Shown one piece after another: positions 31,407 to 44,839 of a stretch of 64,000 bases of DNA; the first letter of the stretch is position 1, and each line of letters starts with the position of its first letter. The DNA comes from the human T2T-CHM13v2.0 reference genome, Homo sapiens: the NCBI RefSeq assembly GCF_009914755.1, contig NC_060925.1; one strand, 5' to 3'. A program made the position numbers and the translations under genes. The notes under the pieces were generated by a model. The model saw only the letters and a list, made by a program, of their open reading frames with translations, was not told the DNA's origin and ran no database searches.

Positions 31407-31979
31407 TCCCTGCACTACCTCACCTAGCCTCTAGGGGTGCTCTTCTCCCCCTGCAGAGCTGGCCTGAGTTTGCCCTGACTCTGCCATCCCCTATCAGACT
31501 CAGCCTGATTTGGAGTTTTCAGATGGAAATTTCTAAAGAAACTTAAGAAGACAGATGGGAAATTATCAAAGAAAGCAACAAAGCATAAAAAAAGAGGAGC
31601 ATCAACAGATTTCTGAGTCTAAGGAAGCTCAAGTCTATTTAGTCTAGTCATTTTTTTTTTTAACTCACAATTTTCCTGATTGAAACAATTTACTAGGTGC
31701 AGAGGCCTCATTTCTTTCCTTATGCTAAGGACACTACAGCCAGTCATAGCTCAGGCTGGCCCTGATACTGGCCTGGTAGAATGTTTAAGCTTTCTAGAGG
31801 CCAGGCTCTGGATCTTTTTCTTGGTGTGACCCAGAAAGACCATGGGCTCAAATCACTCCAGTCTCAAGCTGCTTTGGCCTTCTGGCCTCTCCTCAGTCTT
31901 TGACCCCTTGCACTAGCTCCACACATCAGGTCTTTCTGAGCAAGGTGTGGCCTTCTCTTTTGCCTTTAGAGTAAGTGTC

Positions 31980-32385
31980 AAGTAATGCTAGCAGCTGTGA
32001 TGGAGTTCTCATCAACGCTCATGGTTCCAGACAAGAACAGTTGCTTTTTCACTCACTTACAGCCTAAAACCAATGGTACCAACTGGTGGCAGGTCTCCTC
32101 CAAGTGGTAATTCTGAACCCTAGGCTCTTTTCATCTGGTGGCTTCTCCATCTTCATTGTGTGGTTTCTCCACAAGGAGCCTGCAGAAGAGGAGAGGGGAT
32201 GGAGGATTGCCTGCACGTGGTTTTCATGGGCCAAGCCTAAAATTACCACACATGACTTGTGCTCATATTCTACTGGCAGGAATGGAGACACATGCCCCCA
32301 ACCTCCAGCTGCAGGAGATGCTGGGAAATGTAACCTAGCTGTGTGTTCAGGAAGATGAAGAATTGGGTTTTACAACCAGTCAGCA
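31980..32385 (-). mobile_element. Old MaLR/ERVL LTR (MLT1K/LTR33-like)
   Basis: 'GCTCATATTCTACTGGCAGGAA...CTGCAGGAGATGCTGGGAAATGTAACCTAGCTGTGTG'. Confidence 0.6.
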
Positions 32386-32486
32386 GTACATACCTCCACC
32401 TCCCATGAATGGGCTTCTAGAAGTCCTATTTTCCTTTTTCTCTACAATTTTTTGGCAGGTCTAAAGCAATGTCCTGGTTACGAATA

Positions 32487-33028
32487 AGTGGCTGGTTCCT
32501 CAAAAAGTTAAACATAGGATTATCACATAATCCTACAATCCTACTTCTAAGCTTATACACAAAAGAATTTAAAACAGTACTCAAACAAATACATGAACAC
32601 ACATGTTCATAGTAGCACTATTCACCCTAGCCAAATCCTTATCGATGCAATGAATGGATAAACAAACTGTGGTACAGATATACAATGGAATATTATTCAG
32701 CCATAGAAAGGAATTAAGTATTGATACATACTACAATGTGGATGATTATGCTAAGTGAAAGAAGCCAGACAAAAAGTCACATGTTGCATGGTTCCATTTG
32801 TATGAAATATCCAGAATAGTGAAACCCATACAGATGGAAAGAAGATTGGTGGTTGCCCAGAACTGTGGAGTAACTGCTTAATGGAGACCCTTTGGGGATG
32901 ATGAAAATGTTCTGGAACTGGCTGAAGATGGTGGTTGCACAATGTTGTCAATGTATTAAATGACACTCAATTGTTCACTGAAAAATGGTTAATTTTATGT
33001 TATATAAATTTTACCTCATTTAAAAAAA
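32487..33028 (+). mobile_element. L1MB 3' end
   Basis: 'GTTCCTCAAAAAGTTAAACATAG', 'ACAATGGAATATTATTCAGCCATA', 'GGTGGTTGCACAATGTTG', ending in an A run. Confidence 0.9.
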
Positions 33029-34673
33029 TGTTTAAATGATTCTAAAAGAAAGAACAAATGGATGGATTTTTTGCTTTGGTTTTGTTTTTAATGAAGCCTA
33101 GTTTTTACGTATTGTTTGTTGTTAATTTTTCTGGTCTGCATCACATAAGATGATTCTTAGCACTTGACCTGCTCCAGCAACTTAACTCCATCCTGTACGC
33201 CTTCTAAAGACATTGGAGAAGCAACTAATCTTTCCTTAACTCCATGGACTCTCTCCTTGGGTTTGGTTTCTGATCATATGAAATGCATTTCTGATACCTA
33301 GAATAATTATCTGTTAGAGTGTTCATTTGCTGAGCAATGACGATTGACATACCTGGGGCTTAATTATTTTTAAATTTAGCTCATAGTCTCACTTCCATCC
33401 ACTTCTGGAGGCTCCTCAGCTTCTTTCCTCTCCTTCCTGCCCTCATCTGGTAGCTGCTCCCTTCCCCCACCTCTGGGTGCTGCTTAGGAGGTGGGGACCT
33501 ATAACATTTTCAAGCCTTCCTCTCACCGGGTGCCAGTCTTTCCTGGGCTCATCAGTCTAGTCAAATATCCCCTAGTACTAAAAATAATTTTAAAAATCAA
33601 TCTTATTCTACTTATGCTTCAAATAAAATAGCACTTAGCATGATGTTTTGTACTTCTTTTGATATAAGACATTTCATTCTTCTAGACTATAAGCTCTTTG
33701 ATGGTAAGAACCATGCCTGAATTACGTCTATATTCTTAGCACTTAACACAGTAGCTGATTTATATAGTAGTTGCTCAATAAATATGAATTAAGTGAATAA
33801 ATAAAATGTAATAGCATACAGATAAGAGAAAGGCTATTTTTTCATGTGAATAAACAACCCAATTGAAGCCATTCTCTTGTAGAGAGAGCAGCTTTTTACC
33901 TGAAATCAATGAATTGTTCATTCCTGCAGACCAGCACAAAAGAACCATTATCTAGGGCTGGCATGAATTATAAGCAGGCAGGCTCAAGGAAAAGAACAAG
34001 TTTTGTTATAATAAATGGGAGTCTAGAACTCAGTAAACAGTGAAAGGGGGCCAAGGAGGAGAGATCAGAATAGAGAAACCAGTCCCACTTACTGGGGGAG
34101 GGTAGGCAGGCACTGCTATGGATGGTGGGAGACATTCCAGCCAGGGCGTGTACTCTGAATGTGTGTGGGGGCATAGGTGGCCTATCAAAGGGAAAAAGAG
34201 AGGGTCCCAGCGGTGCTTGACCATTGTGTGTGGGTGAGATGGTGAGGTGCTGTAGCAGGCACCAAGGGAGAGCCAAACAGGCAGGTGGTCAGCATGCAGG
34301 GGAACTGACAGCGGGCTGGGCCCTGGGCAAGATTTCTGGGATGAATGATGGGATTAAGAATCCTGGGAAGATGAATGAGAGTAAGGCTGGGCCACAGCCT
34401 TGGAGGAACTAGGTTCTTACCAGGTTTCCTAGGCAGATATTCAGGCCCAGGTAGGGGTGTTTGGTGAGAACTTGGACACAAACAAGGCCTTAGAACTGGG
34501 TCATGTGGTCAGAGCAGGTCTGGGTGACTGACCTCCTGGACTAGGTAGGGCTCCTTAAACTCGCTATGACTGAGGCCTGAATTATCTGAGATTGAGATAG
34601 GACTGTGCATGCAGATGAGACTCAAGTGCCTCTAGTGGGGAAGGAGGGGCTTCAGGGAGAGTGGAGTCATTAT

Positions 34674-34783
34674 AAGCTAATGGCGAAAATCAGACTTAAG
34701 TGGTTGCCAAGCTAATGGCGAAAATCAGACTTAAGTGGTTGCCAAGCTAATGGCAAAAATCAGACTTAAGTGGTTGCCAAGCT
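34674..34783. repeat. 35-bp minisatellite, 3.1 copies
   Basis: AAGCTAATGGCGAAAATCAGACTTAAGTGGTTGCC x3 plus AAGCT; single G>A change in copy 3. Confidence 0.97.
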
Positions 34784-35149
34784 GGATTCAATGATGAGGC
34801 TGTGTACCTATAAATTACTCCACAGGATTTAATGTGTACACATTTTAAAGATTTTCTTTCCCCATAGCAAAGTAGATTTACAGTCTGAATGACTGAGCTT
34901 ATTAATTCTAATAACCTTTTTTAGAATAAAAGTATATAAGAAGATGGGAAGTAAAAGCCTATGTCCTTAGGTCCAAGAAGGAAGAGGAGCCCTCTCTAAT
35001 TCCTGCAGTGGTAAGAGTGCCTGGGTGTGAGTGAAGAGGGCCTGCTGCTGACCTCAGCCTGGAATTCCGGTTTCCAGTGCCTCCTCTCCCCACCTGTTCA
35101 GCAGGCACCCTCCTTCCCTGGGGTCTCCAGACCAGTAACACTCTCTGTT

Positions 35150-35441
35150 CTCTTACTCAATGGTTTGTTTGATTGATCTACTCTTCCTGGATGTGTTCAA
35201 CTGAGATCTCAGTAGAACAGCTCCAGGCCAGTATCTGAAAGACCCTCAGTACGTTCTGAGTGGAGGGCTGCCTTGCCAGAGGTCAGGCTGCCCCCTTTCC
35301 TGCCTGTTATTTGAGCATGGTACTCTAGTTATCTCAGCCACTCTGTGAGCTACCCAGTGCTTTTTCAATAAACCCCCTTTTCAGATTACATCAGTCTAAG
35401 CCAGTCCTGATGTTTGCAATCAGGAAACTGAACAAATATAA
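35150..35441 (+). mobile_element. ERVL-class LTR 3' part (LTR33/LTR41/MLT1-like), probable 5' LTR of the adjacent provirus
   Basis: 'CTGTGAGCTACCC...CAATAAACCCCCTTTT...TGTTTGCAATCAGGAAACTGAACAAATATA' directly followed by internal-start-like 'AAAATTGGTG'. Confidence 0.55.
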
Positions 35442-35644
35442 AAATTGGTGTCTTAAGGGGTGGCAGGAAACAGACCCTCAGAGAAGTAAGTTGTGTCAGG
35501 GCTTGCTATCTGCCTAGTTGGAGCTGAATGCAGTGAAAACCCAGCAGGGAACTCTAGCAGCCTATGGCCCAAGTGACGAAACAGCCCCTAAAGTTACCCA
35601 GTGGTCCCAGACTGAAAAAGCCACTTCAGGCAAGGATATGGAGG

Positions 35645-36145
35645 TCCCATAGCAGATGGTCTTGGTATCTGCGCCATGTCCCCCTTGTTCTCTCCTGATT
35701 TCAGTGCAGCTGTGACGATCTTGTTCAAGCGTGTGCCAGTTTCTCTTTCTGCTTTCTTGCCTCAAGCCTTTCTCCAAAGCCAGGAAAGACCCCTCAGAGG
35801 CCATCAGGGCAGCTAGCCCCTGAGTGGGGGGAAACTTACCATCCCTGAGGGCAAACCTCAACCCAAGTGGGATGGGAGCTGGTGGATAAATGTTCCGATT
35901 CCTTTCCATCCCAGGACAATTCTGAGGTGCCTTCTGCAACGTGCTTCAGAAGACCCCCAGTGGGAATGAGCCCACACATTGAGGAGCTCAGTCATGCTCC
36001 CTTTGTTATAGTAATTTTCCATCCTTTCCTGTCTCCCTCCCACTGCTCCCTCGTCTGCTTTTTGACAGACAGCCCAGATAAACGACCTGCAGCCAAATCT
36101 GTGTCTCGAGCTTTCTTTCAGGAGAGCCCAAGCTACTACCTGAAA
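35645..36145 (+). mobile_element. LTR16-family solo LTR
   Basis: 'GGGAGCTGGTGGATAAATG...GGACAATTCTGAGGTG...CCCCAGTGGGAATGAGCC...CCCAGATAAACGACCTGCAGCCAAATC'. Confidence 0.75.
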
Positions 36146-36330
36146 ATGTGACAAGAGAAGAGGAGTTAAAGGACTAAGTGGGAGATGGGAGATGGGGGGT
36201 TGGCAGTAGCGTTGCTTCTTCCAGCACTGGGAAGCTTAAGGAGAAAATGAAAAACTCAAACTCATGAATTTCAGCCCAAGGCATAGGCAGAAACCCAGGG
36301 ACTTTCTAAGACCTACTGAATGGGGTTCAT

Positions 36331-37592
36331 ATTTATTTATTTTTAGAAACAAGGTCTTATTATGATGGCAGTGGCTGTTGCCATCACGCTGGCTGCAGCA
36401 GGGAGGCGCAGCTGGGGCCGCATACTCCATGGAGCCAGTGGGAGCCCCGCCCCTTCTGAGTTGGGACGCGAGCTCCCTGGGTGCTGCTGTAGCCGCCCAA
36501 CCCGCAGCTACAGACCCACGCCTCCTGCTGTATGGAGCGGGCAGGAACCCCAGCCTCCTGGGTGGGGCTGCAGGCGCCCAAACTGCAGCTGTGAATGGGA
36601 GCCTCCCTGTGCCCTTCCGGGAGGGCCAGGAGCAGGCAGGATCTGCCTTCCCTGGTGCGGCTGCCACGCCCTCCCAGGCTCAGGAGCCGGGTGTCTCTGC
36701 AGCCTGCACCCTCGGGGCCCCAGGAGGAACCTCTGTCCCTGCAGGTTCCGGGGTGTCTTCTCCTGCTGCCTGGCCCCTCTCCACTCCCGGCACCTGCTCT
36801 GATCTTGGAGCCGGGGTTGGGGCCGAGCCTGGGGGCTATGAATGGCAGCAGAAGGCAGATTGATTCCTGGGCGGGGAAGAGGGGGAGTCCCCAGTAAGGC
36901 CCCACCTTTGGGTCAGGGAGGGCCTGAAGGCTGGGGGCTGGGCTGCCAGTCCTGCTGACTGGAATGGGGACTCGTGGTGCCTCTTCTGGGCTGCCATTGG
37001 CCACCCCTGGACCTATCAGCATGGACGCACTTCCTCCCCGCTGAGGTCCATAAAAACCCTGGGCTCAGCCAGAGCAGGGCAGAGGATGGCCAGAAGACGA
37101 AAAGGGCAGAGAGACTGGGATGGACAGAGAGACGGATATGGGATGGGATGGCATGGGATAGGATGGGATGGGCGACTGGCAGGGAGGAACTACCCTGTCT
37201 GCTGAGAGCTTCAGATACCTGCAGAGATATCCAAATGACTTGCCTGCAGAGAGGAGCCACCCTCTCCAGGGCCTCCTCTCTGCTGAGCGTGAACACTCGT
37301 TGGGAGGACTTGCCTACAGAGAGGAGCTACCTATTCCTCTGAGCTGTTCTAACACTAAATAAAACTCTTCTCCTTTTTCACCCTTCACTTGTCTGCGTAC
37401 TCATTCTTCCTGGATGCAGGACAAGAACTTAGACAAAAGTGCTGTGGCCACAGAGGTTTCCAGCCAAAAAAATCGACACCCCAGAGATCCCGTAACAATT
37501 ATGTTGCTCAGGCTGGTCTTGAACTCCTGGCCTCAAGCATCCTCCCGCCTCTCAAGTAGCTAGGATTACAGGCATATGCCACCACACTCAGT
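36331..37592 (-). mobile_element. FLAM monomer split by the MER52 LTR (36331-36362 and 37498-37592)
   Basis: 'TTTTTAGAAACAAGGTCTTATTA' joins 'TGTTGCTCAGGCTGGTCTTGAACTCCTGGCCTCAAGC' across the LTR. Confidence 0.85.
36363..37497 (+). mobile_element. MER52-family ERV1 solo LTR (1135 bp, GC-rich)
   Basis: TG...CA termini (TGATGGCAG...CCCGTAACA); 4-bp TSD ATTA; TATA-like CATAAAAA at 37049; AATAAA at 37358. Confidence 0.88.
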
Positions 37593-38524
37593 TCAGAATG
37601 ATGTCTTATGGCTCATAGTTGCAGGACTGAGATAGTCAAAACCAGTCACAAAGTTTGATCCTACAGGTGGTCAAATTATAAATCTAGTAAAAAATCACAG
37701 CTTCTCCACATTTCTAATGTGAAAGATAGAAATGATTGATCAGAAAAGAGGGGGACCACAACAGTTGCAACAAGGATATATGGGAAGATTTGATTGGGCT
37801 CGTAGTACCTTGAGCTTCTCACCCAGGCTGAGCCTGTCTTGCCAAAAGCAGTAGCTCCTCCCCTTCCGTCCAGTGAGGCTTATCCCTGCCTTGCTTGGAA
37901 ACTTTATATGAACCCACCTTATGGAGCTACCTTGCAAGGGGAGGAACCACTACCCTTTTTATCTCCATACTGGAAAAAATAATTAGAGACATTCCAGCAT
38001 GGGACAGTGGTGGTGGTGGTGAATTACCTAGTTAAACTCTGGAGAAGAAAACATACACACCACAAGTGTTGTATGACATTATTAATTTGAATCATTAAAG
38101 ATCTGGAAAATTCATGTAGGAATGGATTATTAAAAAAAATAAAACCAAGGAGAGAACAATAGAGTATTGAAGTACCTGGATTTGAAGATTTAGGGACATT
38201 TGCTAGAAATTCTACATTGAATGTTCTGTTCTAAGTTGCTAGGAGTGATTTTAATTCTGTTTGGTTAGCTGAAACATAGGCTCCACATTGATTCCCACTA
38301 AATGGAGTTGAGAAGCCAGAAATCCCTTGGATGTAGGGAAGAAATGCATAGAACTTAGAAGATAGAAATGGATTTATGTGAAACCCACCTATTCCCTCTG
38401 AGAAAACCCAGAAGAGTTTACTTTCCCCATGTTCATCAGGATGTCTAATAGGACACGTCCTGCTGTCGGAATTATAGTTAAAGTCAATGCTTAGAATAGC
38501 AGATGCTAAGTACACACATTCTAA

Positions 38525-39091
<567 letters not shown>

Positions 39092-40320
39092 TAGCCTGTG
39101 CGGAGTGTGGTGTACACAAGAAGAAGCCATTCCCTCTCTTCACACCCTTGTGGGAGAGGAAAGGAGGAGGGGTACTTCAAGAGGATCCCTTGTAGAGACA
39201 GAAGCAGAGAAGATGGCCGTTTCCTGTCCTGGCTGGATGTCTGCTTAGCTGACCTGAGCAAAGGAAAGGAGACATGGAGAAAAATGATAAGGTAAGGTGT
39301 GTGCGTTGTGGGGGGAAGGGGCAGTAAAGCAGCCTCCTCCCACCACTTGGTATGGTAGCAATCCAGGCGTTTCCCCATAGCTGGGTGGACAAAGCAGAAG
39401 GGTGAGGGAGCTGGTCTTCAGTGGTCAGTGACACCACACAGGAGGACTGCAGCCCACCAAGGGGTCCCGGCAGCTGGAGCCCAGAGTTGATGACATCAAG
39501 TGGGGGCTGAGGGGTGGTGGAGAAATGAGGCGAGCCCAAGTCAAATCTCCAGGGTCAGGGAAATGAGCAGTGCAGGGTCTCCAAAGGGTCCACCAAGAGC
39601 TCACGTACAGAGCAGACGCCCAGCATTTGATGCCTGCCCACAAGGGGCTTGAGGACTGGCCAGAGAAGCTGCAACAGTAGACCAAAAGAAGACTTCAACC
39701 TCACCCAGTGAACAAGGGAGATGTCTGCCTTTTTCCTTCTTGTTCCTCTTCACCTAATTATTTAATATCCCCAAACTCCAGGACTGGCAAATAGAGACCT
39801 GATTTGAGCTATGATGGAGGATCATGGCTCCTCACTTCTTTCCATCCCTGATTCAGTTCACGGACATGGAGTTTTTAGCAATGGGAAGGCCAGGTACTCT
39901 GGAGGGAAGGTGCCGCAATAACAGCACAGTAATGCGTTGTGAGTCTTCTTCCAGCTCCCCTAAAGGGGTCTGTGGCCATTTACCAGGGTAACTATGTATT
40001 GATCAAGGTAACTGAATGACCCAGACCTTTCAAGGATTATTGACACTGGATCTGGTATAACATCAATCCTGGGGACCCAGAACCCTTTATCCATGGGTTA
40101 ACATGAGGCTTTTGAAGGCCAGGTGATAAATGGATTTCTACCTGAGTCTGTGTCATGGTAGACCCAGTAGGGCACTTACACCATCCCAGAGTTATTTTCT
40201 CAGTTCCTGACTAAACTATTGGAATAAATAACCTCAACTGGCAGACTCCCTACCCTGGCTTCTGACCCGTGAAGTAAGGGCTATTTCCACAGGAAGGACA
40301 AAGTAGGAGTCTCTGGAGCC

Positions 40321-40441
40321 CTTCCACAGCCATGGGGAATAGCTGAGATTAATGCTATTAGCTGAGATTAATGCTTCCACAGCCATGGGGAATAGCCAAG
40401 ATTAATGCTTCCACGGCCATAGGGAATAGCCGAGATTAATG
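40321..40441. repeat. 34-bp tandem repeat, 3 copies plus a partial
   Basis: CTTCCACAGCCATGGGGAATAGCYRAGATTAATG at 40321, 40374, 40408; extra TAGCTGAGATTAATG at 40359. Confidence 0.95.
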
Positions 40442-41329
40442 GCTTCTGCTTTGAGAGGGGCCCAGAGCAAGAAAAGGTTCTGTTGCATGTCCAGGTTGCC
40501 ATGCAAGCTGCTCTGTCCCGTGCCTCTCATGACCCAGCAGATGCAATGATGATCAATGCTGTGGCAGATCAGGCTTCCATACGGAGCCATTGGAAAGTAC
40601 CAATGGGAGAATCACAGTGGGGACCCCTGGAGTTTTGGGACAGGGACATCATTTCTTTGCTGTAACTATGCATGTAAGAAACAGCTCTTGACTTTCTACT
40701 AGGCCTCACAGACTGAGCACAGTATACCTGGTGACCATGCAACCCAAGTGGCTCATCCAGAATTGGGTATGATCTAATCAACAAACCAAGAAGGGCATGC
40801 CAAGCACCACCACATCATCAGGTGGGAACAGTTTATTTGGAACTGGGTCAAGCAGGTCCTGACAGCACGAGCGAGTCACATGTGCTTTACTCTCCCAACA
40901 CCCCTGCTCCTGTTATACTGCCACCCCACGCACATACCTGTAGCTTCACGAGGAGTCCCCTGTGACCTGTTGACTATGGAGGAACAACTGCAGCCTGATT
41001 TACAGGTGGCTCCGCACAATGTGCTGGCATCACACAGGACTGCTGTGGCATTAGACCTGCCCTCAGGACCAGGCTCAAAGGACAGCACAGAGGCGCATCC
41101 TTCCAGCAGTACAGCGTGACCACTATTCTCAACAGAAGAGATGGCCCGAGGTAAGCGTCTAATGTGATTCATGAGCAATAGCTAGTGATTTAGCAGATGG
41201 CCAGGGACTTGGAGAAATCATGATAGGAAAATTAGAGGCAAGGTGGTTTAGAGAAGTGGTCTGTGGATGAACTCATACCCCCAAATTACAATAACTTGTA
41301 GTCTTTCTTCCATCTCTAATACATCTCCC

Positions 41330-41830
41330 ACTCTGCCCTCCAAGCGATCTTGCTAGCAGGCTAATCTAATCATGTCACTCCCCTGACAAGAATTTTAATG
41401 GCTCCTCATTGCTTATGGGATAAAATACAAACCCTTTGCAAAACCTGCCCCTTGTCTATCTAGCCAACCTCATCTCTTACCACTTCCTTCCCTAATACTT
41501 TGTGCTCCAGGCTGATTCCCAAAAGCATGCCTTTTTTTCTTCAGGTTTCTGAACCTTTGTCTTGTTTTTTCCTCTGCCCAGATGGACTCTGCCCTATTCA
41601 TCCTCCAGGTCTCAACTCAGAGGTCACCTCCTCCCAGAATTCTTCCCAGATTTGCCCAGGCAGATGCAGGATGGTTACTGTAGTAGACTCCAAAGCCAGA
41701 CTGCTTCAATCCTGGCTTGGTTACTTACTAATCATGTGACCATGGACATATTATGTAACCTTACTGTGCCTCAATTTCCTCACTTGTAGACCAGGCAAGG
41801 TTGGTGTGAGGATTAATTAGTATATAAATA
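41330..41830 (+). mobile_element. L2 fragment followed by MIR
   Basis: 'AATCTAATCATGTCACTCCCCTG...AATGGCTCCTCATTGC'; MIR 'TTACTAATCATGTGACCATGG...GTGCCTCAATTTCCTCAC'. Confidence 0.7.
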
Positions 41831-41861
41831 TTATTAGTAATAAAATAATAATTAGGTTTTA

Positions 41862-42300
<439 letters not shown>

Positions 42301-42704
42301 CTCTATATTTATTATTTATTTTTATATATAAAAATATGTATTTTTAAGTAAATAATACATAAGCAGAAATATAAAAGCAGAAGTGGGCCTGGCCTAAAGT
42401 CACTGCTCACTATATGTCATTGCTGCCAGTGAGTGCTGTTTTCCCTACACAGCCCCCAAATTTTATGCACATGCCCAGGCAGACAGGGTAAAGGCACTCT
42501 TCCCCCTTGGTGTTTTTAGTTCCCAGCAAGTGCCTGGCACATAGCAGGCTCTCAATAAGTTCTTACGGGATGAACAAATGACGTCTGGAATCAGAATCAG
42601 GGGTACAGTCCCAGTTCTATCACTTACTAAAAACCTTGGACAAGTTATACATGATTAAAAGCCTCAGTTTCCCCATTGGCAAAAAGACAGCGAAAGCACA
42701 AATA

Positions 42705-42784
42705 TTACACTGAACCATATGAAAGTGCCATTTTTGCTGGTCAAAACCAACTGAACATCAGCAATTTCATGTGATTCAATATAA
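42705..42784. mobile_element. MADE2 mariner MITE inside a MIR
   Basis: 80 bp with inverted ends TGAACCATATGAAAGTGCC ... GCAATTTCATGTGATTCA. Confidence 0.8.
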
Positions 42785-43264
42785 TTCTTCCAGCTTAGAG
42801 CTGAAGGGAGGCCCAAGTGAGGTAATGGATACGAGAGTGATTTATGAGCTGTAAAGGGCTGTACAATGTCACTATTGATTATTATCAAATATGTGTGGCA
42901 AACTAGAGATGATATATTTGAGTAGAAGAATCATTTCATTTAGTTCAGTTTGTATAATAAATAGCAATCTGGAGAGACAACTTTAAATTTTAGATTCACA
43001 TGACAGTGTCATCAAAGCAGATTTGAACTCAGGACTCTTGCAGCAGAAGGGCCATGGGTTTGAGTGGGTCCCACGCCAGGGGAGGAGCACAGGGATGTCC
43101 TGTGGAGAGTCATGGATTGCAAAGAGGCAGTGGCCTGCTTGTCTGCCTGCCTGTTTGCATTTAGCATTCTATGGCTCTTGGAACCCCCTCGGGGATTTTT
43201 CCAGCACTCTATTTCCTCCAAGAGCACACACTATATTTGTTCACACTCACTCCACCTCTCCCAG

Positions 43265-43317
43265 ACTCCCAAGGTGACAGCCTCCCTGGAATTCTTGATG
43301 CAGCAGGAGCTCCACAG
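43265..43317 (+). other. Candidate small exon (53 nt)
   Basis: Branch-like CACTCAC, pyrimidine tract CTCCACCTCTCCCAG|, donor CAG|GTGAGT, in non-repeat DNA. Confidence 0.3.
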
Positions 43318-43651
43318 GTGAGTGTCAATATGCACAGGTCCACAGGAGCCCACAACTTCTAGACAAACCCTTCCATACCTAGGGATTCTGGTGAAAGAGA
43401 TCTGTTTGCAGACTTGGCCTTCTCCCAGAAAATGCCCTTCTTGCTGTCCTTTTCTTGGCTCAGATGGGTGACTATGTCAGATATGATATGAGGAGAGGGG
43501 TTGTGCTTGATGGACTTCTGAGATCCTGGCAGCCAAGCAGAGTCAGTGTCTAGCAGAATCAACACCAAGCTTGCTTCTATATTCAGAGCCCCTTAGTTGC
43601 AACTTTTATCTTTTGCCCTCTGGAATTTCCTATATAAAAAAGACTTTCCTA

Positions 43652-44010
<359 letters not shown>

Positions 44011-44839
44011 GACTCTCAATTACTTAAACTTAGTGTGTATTTCATAGAATCATGCGCTGCCAGAGCTGGAAGGGTCCTCAGAGATCATCCCATAATTTAC
44101 AGCTGAGAAAACTAAGATCAAACCAGAGTTAAGAGGCTTGACTAGAAACTAGGGTTATGGAATCCCAGACTAGTACCCTTGATGCTATACAATATATTTT
44201 AAAACAATAGCTATCATAATGTGGGTGTATGCCATAAGATAGTTCTGCGTTCACCTAAATCTGCCCCTTACCAGGTGTGTGATCTTGGGAGAATCACCTT
44301 CTCTCTGAGAGCCTCAGTTTTCTCATCTCTAGAAAACTTCTCAGTGTTGTAGAGAATGAAATAGCATGTGAAATGTCCACGATACACGGAGTGCTCATTA
44401 AAAGTAAGTTTCATTTCACTGTGGAACAAAAAGCAAACTTAGTGGAAGGATCGAGAAACAAGTAAGAAGATTTGGGGTAGCCTTGGTTGGGAGAAAGGGG
44501 AAGGGGAGTAACACCCCAACATATGTGATGTCAAACCATTTTATCCTGCTTTTGTATAAGACTGGGATTTTCCCCCAATTTAATTAAATTCAGGGAACAT
44601 TTATAGAGCACTTATTATGTGCCAGACCAGGTTAAATTTTATGGGAACAGACTATAAGACAGTGTCCCTCCATTCTGGATGGTGAACATCTAGCTTGGAA
44701 GACAGATGGGTAAAGAAATAGCTGTGATGTTATTCTGCATTTGATGTGTGCTAACAGAGGAGTGTACAATGGAAAGGGCATTCCAGGCAGAAGGAAGAGT
44801 TTGAACAAGTGCCTGGAGGCATGAAAATCAATTGGAGAA

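Noticed and set aside
34674-34783. 35-bp direct repeats resembling a CRISPR array
   Set aside because: Units are head-to-tail with no spacers, there are no cas genes, and the DNA is primate.
36236-37342. Cluster of overlapping 100-212 aa ORFs on both strands, resembling a CpG-island gene
   Set aside because: Essentially all lie within the GC-rich MER52 LTR, where stop codons are rare; no recognisable domain.
40321-40441. 34-bp repeats as CRISPR-like array
   Set aside because: No unique spacers; the unit derives from ERV-L pol.
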